This document shows positions 37,653 to 52,600 of a stretch of 64,000 bases of DNA, piece after piece. Position 1 is the stretch's first letter; every line of letters starts with the position of its first letter. Both the position numbers and the translations under genes were made by a program. Source of the DNA: Balanoglossus misakiensis (Eukaryota; Animalia; Hemichordata); the NCBI GenBank assembly GCA_040954595.2, contig CM082582.2, positions 8,124,063 to 8,188,062 on the forward strand, in the 5' to 3' direction. The notes under the pieces are model-generated. The model was not told where the DNA came from, ran no database searches, and worked only from the letters and a program-made list of their open reading frames with translations.

Positions 37653-40600
37653 GTGAGTTGTCATGGGGAAATCGAAATTAATACTCAGTACCGGCAAAAT
37701 CGATCTACGACAGCAGACCCTCTATCTTTACGAATAATTTACCAAAACAAAGATTGAGCTCTTGCATGCGAATGAACGATATTACCGGTACTTTGCCACA
37801 TTTATACTGGTATAACCACAGTGTTCCCCTTGTCCCGCTGTGAAATAGTGGTGTTTATCGCCAAAACTTAGAATTTCCGAGTTGATTATTAACACTTTCA
37901 AATGTTTACGTTCAATCATTTATGGGGTCAACTTCACCGTCACATCAAACATGGCTGCCAGTGACAGAAACGCGACTGTAGATTATCGTCTGCTGTTGAA
38001 ACTCGAAATACGCGTCATTTCTGAGTCATTCTTTCTTCCTCATACCTCTCACATGTTAATTAGGACTACCCACACACTAAACCGTTGACATGGCGTACGA
38101 TTTTATGCCGAAGACAGGATGTGATACTGATGGGATCATATTCCTAACTTGGTTGTCGTCGACCATAGTCTATTTCCTTTGTTCACTTCACAAAAGATGG
38201 TAATTCCATCAGGGCTGTGCGATTACATGCACCACTGTTTTGCCATCCCTCAATGACGAATAAGCGACCTAATTTCATTTTCATTGTATCATTCATAGGT
38301 CTGTAGAGTTGAGTTGCAACACATTGTACTCCAGTCGTGGGGAGAGGGGGGGGGGGGGGGGTAGAGAGTGCTGGGATGAAATCAGGTGACACAATATACT
38401 AAGGCTATACTTTTTAAGTGGCAAATTAGCACATGTAGGAATCCCTGTCCATTATAAAGCTGTGGAAACATCATATGCATAATGGCTTCAGGTTGATACT
38501 GTCAAAGTGTGGCCACCAAGTTTTGTTGTTACAATACAAAGGTACACAAGGGATCATGTTCAGAAATTATCATATACAAATATACCGGTAATTGCTAGCT
38601 GCAGACATGTTGTTTTTCATCAAGGCTGTGCAGTTCTGAAAATTCCACAATTTGAATAGTGTAAGAGTCTGTTCCAACAGGTTCATGGTTGCCGTCAGTT
38701 CTAAGTTTCTTACTTTTAAGATCAAAGAGGACAGAATGAGTGATAAAGTATACTTTTTGTGTTACATTCAATATTTCAAGTATAAGTACATATAAGATTT
38801 GATAAAATATGCAAGAAGTTCCGGGTTCAATCTTAGCAAGTGGTGCCATCATCCATATCCTTGTTTCCTGGTTCATGATTTACATGGCAAAACGGAAGAA
38901 CTCCTTTAAATGACCATATGTAGAATGCGCACCACAAGTACCCACTGACTGCAATCTAATTAAAATCAGATGTAGGGAAGGGCGACTTGTCGCCGTTCCC
39001 TACATCTGATTTTAATCAGATTGCCACTGACTGGTGATGTCACTACACTGTTCCGGACTGAAACTGATGATGTAAAATTAGATAATCACACAATGATGTG
39101 GACGTCAAGTTTTGTAATGGAGCAAAACAAACAAACTTCAGGGGATTTCGTTTCTGGAGGTCATTTGGCTAGCTGTAATCTTCATTCCTAATTAGATCAG
39201 TATTTTCACATTCATAATAAATCACTCTCATTTCAGGAATTTCTGATAGGATAAGGGCTTGCTGTTCGCTATTCTTTTCTGCGTAACGTCAAAATAGTGT
39301 TTGGTTTTGATAGATCACTGTGCAACAATATGTACACTGGAAAATGTCTCAAGTTGAAAACTGCATTGTGTATTAAATATATAATGATACTTCATGTAGG
39401 TCAGTTCTGGGAATTATAGGCAATTTACTGAAGATGACAATATGGTGGAAAATGTCAAGTTGTTCATTTATACTTATAGCCCAGAGAGGAGTCTAGATTG
39501 TTCAGATTACTCCTATTTGATTTAGTACTATCTTGCTTGAAGCCATGGATTTTCTTGAGAATTGGTTCGAATGTAGAGAGCACAGTGCCAGCTGTAAAAT
39601 TGATGACTGCTGGCTGTTCGCTACGTTCACTTAAAGATTGATTTACAAGATAGATCATTGATATCAAGGAGACCCTGGTTGTCTTTGATTTTATTGAAGA
39701 GTTTACTCAGAAGTAGTCTCAAGAAGGGTCGCGTCCTGTTTTCTCCGGGTTCTGTTTCTCAGAAACTCTGAAGGTCGTTTGATTTGTTTGTGAAAAAATG
39801 AGTACCATGTGGTCTCTTTCCCAAATGTTGCCATGGTAACACTTGCCAAGACTTGAGATATCTTGGCAGTTGCTGATGTCAACTGGTGGTGTTCTTGTGA
39901 GGTTTGTTTTACTTTCGAAACACACTTGAGAAAGGGTTTGTGTCAAGATCACAAAGTTCAGTATGGTTGAAGGACCGCAAAACTGTTTATCTGGTGGGCC
40001 TTTGTGTGCGACGTGGTACAACATACCGTGTGACGCATGGGTGTTTACTGGCACGACAGGAATGATGTCATTGTGCCCTCGCACCATGTGATACTCTGAT
40101 GACAAATGGCCCAATTTTGTGTGCTTTGTATTCAAAGTAAATTGTATGTAATAAATGTTGCCATACCTGCAGCTCTGCGTTTACAAACTTGTTGTACTTT
40201 GGTGTGTAATAAACTCTGTTACTAGTACTTGTAAATAGGTCACAATATGGTCTTTTATGAATCTGACATATTTTAATATTATCCATAGTCTTTGTGGTGC
40301 TGAAATCAAAGTGGTCCACATCAAAGTCATATAGTATAAAACATTTTAGATTTCTTACAGCCATTTGTATATTTCTGTGAGCACATATTACATGTACATT
40401 ATGTTCAATCTGAGAGCATTTTTGCCACTTTATGAGGTTGCTTTGATAAGAGCTTAGAAACACAAATGTTTATGAAATTAAACTGCAGTGAAAGAATGTA
40501 GATCTGTCAAGACAAATTAATAAATATTTGGTAGTAGCTAGAGTTAAGATTTATCTTGAGAATGTGTGGGGCACGTTTGTGTAAATTATGAACCATGCTG

Positions 40601-43600
40601 TTGATTGACAGCAGTTTGTTTAATTCAGTGACAAATGATTAGATTTATTGATTGCATTCAAGTCCACTTTACAGAATAATATTTCCAATTGAAAGAAAAG
40701 TGGTGTTAAAGGGCACGCTATGCCTGTTTCCAGACATATTATTTCAATGTTGGTCTACAGTCTGAATAGACAGTGAAGTGTGTACAAGCAAAAAACACCA
40801 GACATTTACAGCACATGCTGCCATAAAACAAATTAGTTTATGTGATGAATGTGACTCTAGCAGATGTTGAAAGCCAGACCTATAGGGGGGGGGGGGGGGG
40901 TTAATTTATATTCCAAAAAATAGATATTGAAAATGAAATATATATTTACCCAGAAATGTAAACCTGAAAGCTATGACTGTACAAGGCCAAACTGGATGAC
41001 TGGTTCTTTTCATTATCCGGTGGTTTAGTTTTCACTTTCACAACTCCACTCAACTGTATCAGGGTGTATTGACAGATTAGTGAGTGGGATGTCTTCACAG
41101 TGACCTTTGACTCCGGATGGCAAGATGACTCAACAAGTTGCGTGGACGAATCTTCTAATGTGTGTTCTAGATATTGCGTTTAGCAGTGTATACAAAGATG
41201 CTCCACTTGAGATTCAAAAGATTCCTGTAACCACCCTGTGTGTTTCAGAAGTTGGCCTTGGAATTCCATTAGTGCAATATATAAACTTCACTTCAGTCTG
41301 ACAAGGGGGGACTGTGATATCTTGTCAAATATTTTTGTGTACCATCATGACTGATACCATTTTCAGGGGTGCCAGTCACCCCCTTGGCCAATTACTAGGG
41401 GCAAATATTTTCGGGTGCACCCCAAAATATGGCCGCCAATGAATGTAGATATCAAGATAGTTAAACAGTCGTTAATTCTTCTGGTATTCACCCATGAACG
41501 GCATTAAAGTTTAATACCACTGTAATTCTATAATCAGGTCGGTGTACTGTTCTAACCCGCATACTTTGACTTACAGTTTATTCAGGCAGCGTCTGGATAC
41601 TTATACAGCCGTTTATTTTTAGTTCCCCATCGCATCCGACCACCACCGACCAGCATAGAGAGAATGCTAGTTACTTGTACAGGTAGCGGTCGTGGTGTAC
41701 CATTTCTGTTTCAGCCCGGCTCCTATTACCCCTGATTGGGTTAATGGCTGATTCTCAGTAATGGCAATTTAGTCCGGGCATCAATCTCAATTAAACGGCA
41801 GCAATGCATCCATTGCGAAAATAGACTGTTTAAGAACTAAGGCTCAGCTTTTATCATCAAGGTCGGCTTGCCCTTGGCAGTGCCCTGCACAGCTGGCAGC
41901 TGGAGCAGTTAATGAGTGGTTCAGGGCCAAACCTTACGGTCTGCTGGCTGAGTCGTGGGGCTTTGGGGTGTCAGTCAATGACGTAAGACTGCAGAGCGGA
42001 CCTACTTTCACCAGGGAAGAAAGCATTGACACAGGGGCATGTGAGGCTGACACAGCGCGCAGAACATGCGGTGCATTCCATTAGTCTGATAAGCGATGAC
42101 GCTGAGGCCAAGAAATGAGATGTAATTGGGCGTCTGCTGATGATGTTGCTACTGGATACACGCACAGAAATGTGATCACATCATGCTGGCAATAACAACA
42201 GCCAATTTCTGCGTCTGATTTCTTCTATATATTTACTGTAAACTGGGAAATTTGAAGTAAAAATTGAACCTGTTTGGAGAGTTTGAAACCTCACAACACC
42301 CTCTTGTGATGATCTAATAATGGTACTGTGCCGTGCCTGAGAAATAATTGTAGTCTTTCAGTACGGTAATAGTATAACTGCGTTGACCAATTGTAGATAT
42401 AAACCACTTGACCAGATGAGCTTGTTTGCACCTGCTGATCTCAAGGTTATCTCCTTGTATGTCATTGTCAGCCCCCGGATTCCAAAGTTACCAGCTCAGC
42501 TGTATTGTGCTGATGGTCTGTGCATAACTATCAGCCTTCCTGATTTACTTGGAAACATGCGGAATGAGCTGCCTCTGGAAAAGGTCTTGCACGAAAGACG
42601 AGCGATAAGCATCGAGAGGGAAAATATATAATCCCTAGCGATTGCGTCAGTCGACTTCACCACTTGAATTGCAATTGACATCATTGCGTGACGATAAAAC
42701 AATCCAATTCCACGTACAGTGGGGAAAACGTCACTGTTGAAATGAAGGATTTCGTTGTATCTCTCATAAAGTCTAAATCATATTTGGGGTTTATAGTTTG
42801 CGTGTGATGGGTAAATTTATATGTATTGAGACGCAGTGCAGGTTCTGTACCAGCAGATGTCTGTAGGTGTACCCATTATTGCACACAGCATATAGCGGCG
42901 ATCAAAACAAAGTCATGACCATGACTGTGGCTGTGGCTGAGCCACTTGCATTTAAGTAGTACAGTTTAAAAGCCACTGATCAGTCCACTGGTACATTAAC
43001 ATCTCACTCAGTCGCGAGTTAATAACACACACAAAAAACTGGCCCAAAGGACAATTTCCATGAAATGTCACTGCTGGGATTGGCATTTTACTCACAAATA
43101 TGGGACTGCCCACCTGGAGCTTTCGTATGACAATGTTGAATAAAACAGAGCGATTACGCGGTTTTCATCACCGCGGAAATACTTAGATGATTCTTGAGGT
43201 TTTAATACTCAATCTCTGACGTCAGTTGTGACCTTCTTCGCGAGTGCAGATAGTTTATTGGCATTGTCATGTAAAATAGGCATATTGCTGAAATGAGCCA
43301 AATTTCAGGTTTTGCTATATATGTATTTTTATAACATTGGTTATCATTTGGCTGGTCTTATTCATTTTAGTAAGAGGCGGGGGTTATTGCTTAAACATAT
43401 CGCATAGTCAATCACACTAAAGAAATGAATGACAAACCAGCTTGTCTGCGTTGCTGCGTGACGTCTTGAAAGCTAAATCGCTGTGTTCTAAATATTTGGG
43501 TATAAAAATATAAAACTAATATTTTGAAAGTTTACAGTGGTTGAATGATGGATACTAGGCTTGTATTAACACTCACCACAGCTGCATTGATGTTTAATTT

Positions 43601-46600
43601 CCGATGTTATCGAGTTTGTGTTTAATGTGTGTGGGCTGAATGTCAAGTGTTTTCTGCCCCAAAACGATACTCACCCAAATGTCAAAGTACTATTTTATAT
43701 CGAGTGAAAAAAATGCATTTCGTGTTGATGAACCACAGATCAGGTGTTCTGATATTTATTTGTGTCTCGCTATTGGTCAGGCTTTTTGACGTGCTCAATT
43801 TTTCTGACCCCCGCAGATCAAATCAAACTGAATTGGATTAGTTTCTGGCGCAGTTTAATAAATAAAAAGGCGTTCTGTAATGTCTGTATCGAGTGGTGAT
43901 GTTTGGAATCAGCTCAAGGTCACTACATTGCGGATATTCATTGGTGTGTTTTATGAAATGGAATTTGAAACATTGATTTGTTGTATTGCGTGGCACTTAA
44001 TATGGAGGCGATCTTTTACGGTAAATAAAGTGAAGGCTCTCATGAGAAATGGAATCGCCATGCTTTGAGCAAGTGGCTGGGAAATATGCCATGAAAAGTT
44101 TATGTCTTGAGATTTATGTTAAACATGTAGGTTGTTACGATATCTAAATTATGAAATAAGCCATTGATATTCATCTTTCAGTACAGAGTAAACACACATC
44201 TTATTTTAATCATCTAAGTTTCATCATAATCATAAAACCAGTCCTTAAATATTTATTCAGTATCTTATTTTTCTCTGGTATTTTAAATAATGAGTTTTAA
44301 AAAAGTGGAGGTGACATTTTTGTGGAATAAAAACCCTCTAAATATATCTGTTCTTTCTTCTTATCCCGACAGCGTTCCATTTGACGGAAAAATTGGCGAA
44401 GATTTTCCCCGAGAGTTGTCTGCTGATCATCTTGGGTATTGTGGTCGGGGTGGTCATCTATTTTGCTGCCAAAGACAATGTGCTGGACTACACTCTGGAC
44501 AGCGACACTTTCTTCCTGTTTCTGCTTCCGCCCATCGTGCTGGAAGCCGGATATTTTATGCCAAACAGGTCCTTCTTTGATAACATTGGGACTATTCTCC
44601 TCTATGCAGTTGTCGGAACACTTTTCAATTGTTTTTGCATCGGTGCCTCGCTGTACGGAATCGTGTCGCTTGGATGGGTGTCGGTGCCGATGGACCTTTT
44701 GGACTGCCTGGTGTTCAGCAGTCTCATCTCGGCCGTAGATCCCGTAGCAGTACTAGCCGTTTTTGAAGAAGTTCACGTCAATGAAGTTCTGTATATTTTG
44801 GTGTTTGGTGAATCTTTACTCAATGATGCAGTCACTGTGGTAAGTACGAGTGGCAAGGAAAAAACGAGACATGCATGCACGACATGAAGTCTTTATTGTG
44901 ACATCATCTCTTGATGCTCGAAAGTCACTAGCTGTTCTTTTGTTGTCATAAGCAAACATGTCACAACCATTTTGTTGGAGACATTGCAGTGTTGAGTTTG
45001 TATAGAAGAGCCATAAAACAGCATCACAGGCACGTTTCTACGCTCAAAGCCGCGGTCTACAGGCCAGTGACCTTCCCAGGATTTGAATGCAGGCAACGCA
45101 TCCTCTCTCAAGGAATGCTCAAGAAAAATTTTCCATCATCAGTAGCTTGCATGGAAGATCATTTGTAAGTTGGTCATGCCTGGAGACAGGGCCTGTTGAT
45201 TAAAGAAAAGTCTCTTATCGGATGACTGGTGATTTACGGAATTTTTTTAGTTCTGACGAAATGACTCGGCTGACCTACCGAGAGGCACGGGTATTGATCT
45301 GCTTGTTGGCCCGTCTCTAGACTTAATGAATGTTGCCGTAGATTTATAAATTATGGCGTCTACGATGCATCTGGTGCCTGGGTGATCAATACAGCAATCC
45401 ATCTCGGGGGTCAATAATACCACTACAGTGTCAATGAGGTCAATAAGTGGGTCTGTGTCGTTGAGGTCAGACGTGAGTACAAAACAGACAGGTGAACAAG
45501 TAGAACAATGTCTCAGAAGACATTTATGGCTAACTTTCACCGCCAAAACCAGCTTGTTGCCATCGTTCAAAAAATTAATCTTCATAACTTTTTCCACATT
45601 ATTGTAACAGATGTCATTCAATTATTTTGATGTTTTAATTCAAAGGAAGTCCTTTTGATCGACACAGATTATGACAATGTTGACTGAATGGGAGTTCTGC
45701 TTTTGCGCTGATATTATCTCTGAAATATTGCCAGAGATTGTCAGAACCCCAGGTGCAGTCAGTGTATCTTCCTGCGTCATCACCGCATTTCTGTTGTTAT
45801 GTACACACTGCTAATCAGACACATCATACAACCAACGCACCACACCTGTTGAGTCACACCTGAAAATTCAAACAACCCAAAAATATCTTTAACCCTTCCT
45901 AACCATAGAAAATAATGGGTTTGGACTGAACCATGGTTGTTGAAAGGGTTGTTTGGTTACAGAATTCTAATTCAGGAACTTGATTGAAATTATTCTATGT
46001 ATCACTCAGCCAAAGATGTGTTTTCAAGTGTCGTGAATACTTAAGCTATTTTTGTACGCTGTTGCAATGACGTTCGTAAACTCATTATAGAGTAGCAGTA
46101 GGTGGAACTTCCAAACATGGTTACATGTATGTCTTTTTTCATGACAACACATTTTTGTGTGACAATTGTATCAATACTTCAGTGGAATTCAAGTATTCTC
46201 GGGTATCGATTGATTAATAAACAGCAATGCTGTAAATCTGTTCTTCAATTATTTTTAACTTTATGACAGTTTTATATAAATAGTGGCATAATTCATAATG
46301 TTAACCCTTTCACCACCATGGTTTGGTCCAACTCCATTGTTTCCTATGGTTTAGTAGGACCTCTATACAAGGAAATGGGTCTGCCTGTTCAATGGAACAG
46401 CAGAGAATATTGGTCTAATGCTTCATTAGATATCTGCACCTAACATGTCTTGTATATTAGCGTTTACACCCCCACACAATCAACCCCCACGCACTTTGCA
46501 CCTGTGGGAAAATGAATAAATTGTCCATCACACCAAAACCACAGGCAAGATTGAGCATCATCAAATAGTTAGATTCTCAGTGACAAGAAAAAACCCTCAG

Positions 46601-49600
46601 CGAATTCATAAATTGTCATGATGCAGCGAGTGTAATCTGTCACGCATTTGTTTGAACACATCAATCATAAACCCATCTGTGTGCTATAAATGGTGTGCTA
46701 TCTACTGTTTCTTTTTCTTATCCAAAAAGATGCGATGAAAATAGTGATCAAATGTAAAACTCTCTAAGACATGTTGTCGTACGTACCATTGCAGCTCTAA
46801 TACCCTTCTGCGAGGAGTTTTCTTAGTGGGCAGTTGTTTGAAATGATGTCAAGACAGCTTAGAACTTTTCAGTCGGCTGTTACCATGGTGATAAAAGTCT
46901 TGAAATAGCCTGTACCTGGGGAGTTTGGTGGCAGTTTGAAAATGACGTCGGTAATTGGAGACTGCACGCAAAATTATCATCAGTCATTTGTGCAAGTCAC
47001 CTATGAACCCCAAAACACATGAATTTAAAGCAAACACGGCAATAATTCGAATGTTAAAATTGTTTAGTTTATTTATACTGCTCATGAAATGCGAAACCAG
47101 GGCAATGACTTTACTTTCACTTCGTGTTCAGAGGTTTAAATATTCATATAGTGGAAACATGAGAATTAATTGGTGAAAGATTCACTCTGTCTGGTACTAT
47201 AGTACTGTTAAATTTGCAGGTGTTGATATAAAGCTTAATATTGTGGGATTTTGGAACTGCAGAGTCTATAATTATTGACACACAGTGAATGCTAAAAAAT
47301 GCTCATCAAATTCACTTTCAGTGAATACAAAATGGCCACCAAGTTGCCATCTTGGATCACAGTGAGAACAAAATGGCCGCCAGGTGGCCATCTTGGATCA
47401 CAGTGAGGACAAAATGGCCGCCAGGTGGCCATCTTGGATTGCAATGCAAATAGATGCACAACATCAATATCCATGTTTCTTTTCTTGCAGGTGCTATATC
47501 GAATGTTCAAACAGTTTGCATCCATGGGTGCAAACAATATCCAGGCTGTGGACTGTGTGTTGAGCGTCACCTCCTTCTTCATCATCGGCGTCGCTGGCAC
47601 CATCGTCGGCGTGGTGTGGGGACTCTTGACGGCCTTTGTGACCAAATTTACCGACCACGTGCGAGTCATTGAGCCGTTGTTCGTCTTCGTTATGAGTTAC
47701 CTCTCCTACCTCACAGCAGAAATTTTTGGATTTTCAGGAATCATGTCGTAAGTATACGCGAAATATACGCAAGATCAACATCTTTATCTCGTTTTTTTGT
47801 TTTTGTCTGACAAAGTGAAGCGGGCCTAGAAATCAGACATACAAGATGAAATGCTTGCAGTGGTATAAATATGCGAGAAAGGGCAATGCACTGAACGTTA
47901 AAATCTTGTTAAATATTAATAGTATATAAAAGTGAGATGGCTAATATGCCTGACTCAGTGACTGTAAAGGTTGACGACTTTCATTGTATGCCAATATGTA
48001 CCAGCTGCCTTGCATGCCACACAGCTCAGAGTGGTTTCATGAAAAAACATGTCTGGAATACGTTGATTTAACATTAAGATGTTTTTATTTTTTGTTTCAG
48101 AATTGTGTTTTGTGGTATTATCATGAAGAAGTATGTAGAAGCCAACATTTCTCAGAAATCTCACACAACCGTTAAATATTTCATGAAGATGTTGAGTAGT
48201 ATCAGTGAGACCATCATCTTCATGTTTCTGGGTTTATCTGCTGTTCGTGACGACCATGTCTGGGACGTCGCATTCATTCTCTCTACCTTGTTTTTCTGCC
48301 TCTTCTATAGAGCGATAGGTAAGTTGATATTTTTAGGTATTTTGATAAAACAAATCAGACTCTTGCACCATTTTAAAGGTGTACAGTCATCGTTGTGAAT
48401 ATCAACCACTGTGACAGTTATTGTGGAAAGTGGAGATCCAGCCAATCAGAATCTTTTTTTAAAGGTTGAATCTCATTTGTGGTGTTGAAAGGTGTCAAAC
48501 CTGTCCGTACAACAGAATGGCAAACTGATTATGCGAAAGTGAGAAAAAGAAAATTCCAGCTGCTCTGACTGTTCAAGGAAGTCACAAAAATGTACAAATG
48601 ACGCCAGCAACATCTTTATTACCACGCACACCTCGCGTTTGCACCGTACTTCTTAATACTGCTATTCACGAGGGATTTGTGTGTATGTGTGAAATGAACG
48701 TGGGTGTTCTGAAATCTGATTCCAATAAACTGCAAAAAGAAATGTATCTCGTTTCTGGGGAGACAGTTAATCTTGATAGAAAGGTAATTTACTCGGCCAG
48801 CCATGATTCCAAAGCTGTTAACCTTTAACAGAACTGAGATGGAATATTAGTCTTGTGTGTTTGGAGAGTGGAGAGAATCTGTATATAGTCGTTGAATGTA
48901 ATAATTATCTGTGATAATCAAGAAGATCCATGTCGGTAGAAAATTCCTTTTTGCTCACAAGTAACAAGTAATTACGTCAAAAACAAAAACCGACTATTGT
49001 CCCTTTAAGGCTGAATGCACGTCTGTTCTCTCTCATCAGTGTCTCTTGCTTTTGACCCGACAGGTCAAGTGGTCGACACCAAATGTCAAGACATTTTATG
49101 CCACCTGTCAAAGGAATTTTAACTGAATCAGTTTACAGAAATATGCAGTTTAGTACAGGTTCTACTCGTTGACAAGAGTATACACATGTCGCAGAATTAT
49201 TGGTAACACTCACTGAGCAGTAATTACAGCTCCCCGTTGATTTTGTTGGCTTCAACCGCTTGAGAGTCAGGTGTCTTGTTATGTACCAAATTGAGTCAAA
49301 AATTCTCCAGGCCCATGTCCTATTAAATGCTTATATTAAGATGAATTATCTCAGTGAGTGCAGTACATATATCTTGTGTATCTTTTATAAAAAATTACGT
49401 GCGTCGGTGATGCATATAGTTCATATTTACTGACAGGGTTGTCGCGCTGTTGCCCATTGTGTATGCAATGCACACGTCGTTTCTTGCCAGGGGACACAAA
49501 CCTTTGCATGCGTTAATGGTTAGCGACAGGCAATTTCATTTTTTTTATGAACGAGAGGCATGTAATATAAACAAGAAAAGTGTGAAATGATTGTAAGTGA

Positions 49601-52600
49601 TAGTCCCGGAGAGAGTTTCGACTCCTGAGGAGACAGTATCAATGCCAAGGGTTTGAATTTTCTCAAATTTTAGCCATGCACTTGGATGTGGCCAGACTTT
49701 AATCTTTTTTTGTGTGTCAGAGATATCAGAGTGTCGAATTTCAGGTGCAGACGTACAGTTCTTGAGTCGATCAGACATCGTACATGTATCTTTAATGCGA
49801 AAGAAATACTCTCATTAGACTGAAATAAATTGTGTTTCCTGTAACATGCCCGTCAGGAATAGGTTAGGTACATATACATGTAGGTAGGAAATAGGTGGGT
49901 TTTTTTTCGCATTCAAATGAAATCACCCTTGAATTTTGACTTTTCATTTTATCTTGTGGAATTTTCTTTTAAGTAGAGAAAAAAAGTGTAGGATCAGAAA
50001 TTTGAACCAAAAGTAGTTCAGGTTTAACCGGAAACACACGTACAGAGGGCTTAAGAGTATAACTAGAATGAGCTGGAAAGTGCAATTATCGTGATCTGTC
50101 TGTCAATGAGACTTGCATTTACAGCTGCACAATGTGGACTCTGATTGCGGGATGCCGTGACAGTCTCTGTGGCATCAGCATCGCAGTCTCCCACAGCAAG
50201 CGGCCCATTCTTAACAGATCTGCCCTCAGTGTTACTTTAAGTGCCGTTTCATCCACGACGATCTAAGAATAGAAGAAAAAATAGTGATGTCAGGGAAATG
50301 AGTACAAAGAGATCGCGACACGACCCATGCTCTCGATGTAGGTCGTGTGCTATGATGCACATACTTGTGTCATTGAAATGAACTTAAAAAGATATTAGTT
50401 GATAATCTATCTACCCAAGAGGGATTATAATCAGAATTAAACCATAGACCCCAGAGAACAATTGTTCTCTAGGGTTTATTATTGAACAAAAAATGTACAA
50501 CTTGTCCGAAATAATTCAGGTCTGGTGGTGTATATGAATGGTGCTTGAGGTTTCTGAGTGACTTGAATCAGAGACATTAGGAAATTGTTTCTCTTTTCTA
50601 GTCTTCATGCTCGATTGAACAAACCTTGAGGACAGACTCTGAAACGCGCATAATGAAAGAGAGAGACAGGGTGACACTGATCTTCTCTTCTATTTTACGT
50701 TTCATTTGTAGGTGTCATCATTCTGACAGCACTGGCTAATCAGTTCCGTGCCATTAAAGTCAACAAAGTGGAGCAGTTCATCATGGCTTATGGTGGACTT
50801 CGCGGTGCTATAGCCTTCTCCCTGGTGGCGCTTTTAGAGGCACCGACGGAGATACTGAAAGTCAGAAAGTCGCTCTATGTGACCACTTGCATGATTGTGA
50901 TATTCTTCACCGTGTTTATACAGGTGAGTTGTAGACAAGCTATGGTTGGTTGGTTGTCGCGCCATCGGTGCGTACATGCAGTTCGATTGTCCGATCATAG
51001 ACACAAGTGATGGGATTGCTTTACTTTATCGCGGATTGATTGTGTGAGTGATTAGGTGAGCAAACCTGCCTCACAGAGAGAATACAAAATCAGGCAACAT
51101 CGAGGCAGAGAAATATCAGAAAATTTGCAGTGGAAGATGCCAATACCGTACCCATTGTGTGTCGTACGTAATTTAGTGTGAGTGAATTAGTCAAGATAAG
51201 CAGGAATTGATGAGTTGTTAGCTTTGATGACTTTTTCAAATTACATGTAGATGAAGCACAAAAAATCTAATTTCTAATTTAGTTCTGTGATTGTGGAATT
51301 CCATGGGACCTTTAGACAGAAAAAAGACACCTCTAAAAATATTCTAGTTCAGGATAGAATATTTTTCTCTCAGACTGAGACTCTAAGGAAAATCTGTAAA
51401 TTTGCAAGGAATTAAAAAATATAAATGATTTCGTAAGACAGCAGATTACACAGAAAATGTCATGTTATGTCAATATTTGTCAGAAATATATCTGTTTGAT
51501 GTTCAAACAGCTGCTGTGAAGTGAAATTAAGTGTCTTGCTCCAGAATTGACAGAAATCAAACCACTTATCTTCACTGATTGTCACTGTGCTAAAAATAAT
51601 CGTTTATTCTTTTGTGGTTTCTCTCAAAATGTGTGACTAGACTGTGAATAGAAATTGATGCAGAATATTTGACTGACAGTTGCATCTTCAAATTGTCAGT
51701 GAATTTAGTTTTACATTCCGCTAATTGGTGATGATTAATTTCAGAGATGAATCGATTCATTAAGCATCATTGAGGCAAGGGCAATTGATTATTTTTACCT
51801 GCAGCCAATCAAAATCCATTGTCCTTGCTATTTGATATTCTGTTTCGACAAGATAAAATTGTTTTTTCTTCCCAAATGCGAGAATACACTTGAAAAATTC
51901 AATGTGATTGGGTAGACAGTTAAGGTTCCCAGCAACCTATTTATCAGATGTGAACATCGCTATGCGTATTTGTACCTGCTTTCATATGTCATCCGAAAGC
52001 TAAACTTACCAATTTAACTTCGGGATCAATAAAATCCCTGATGTCATATTGACTCTAGAATTTAGTAGAAATACATGTATATCCGATTAAGTAAAGCTAC
52101 TGTAAAAAGACTGAGTTTCATAAAACTATCATGAACATGATGACAGACAATTTCTCAGTATTAAAGATCTATGTTTTGTCTCTGACAGGGGATGACAATC
52201 AAGCCATTGGTGGACAAATTAAAAGTGAAGAGAAGCAACAAACACAAACCAAGCATGGGTGAAAAAATATTTACAAGGGTAGGTGTTACTAACATGAATA
52301 CACATGTACATGTAATTCATAATCTGTGAGAATTCTATCAGTCAGTCACCTTCAATAAATCTTCATACTGAAATGTGTTGATTTCTCAGTTTTTGGGCAG
52401 ACTACTCTTTAACTTCTGGTTGGGCTATTTATAAACAAATTCTTAGAAAAAAGCAGTATATGATTGTTTAATTTTCCTTTGCAGTTACTAGACCATGCCA
52501 TGGCTGGTATAGAAGATGTGGTTGGTTCCCATGGACACAATTACTGGAGAGACAAGTAAGTGCACTTCTAATCTCATTTCAATCTAGACCCGAGAAGTTC

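Noticed and set aside
47319-47439. CRISPR-like appearance of the 41-bp repeat
   Set aside because: The units are contiguous with no unique spacers, there are no cas genes, and it lies in a eukaryotic intron.
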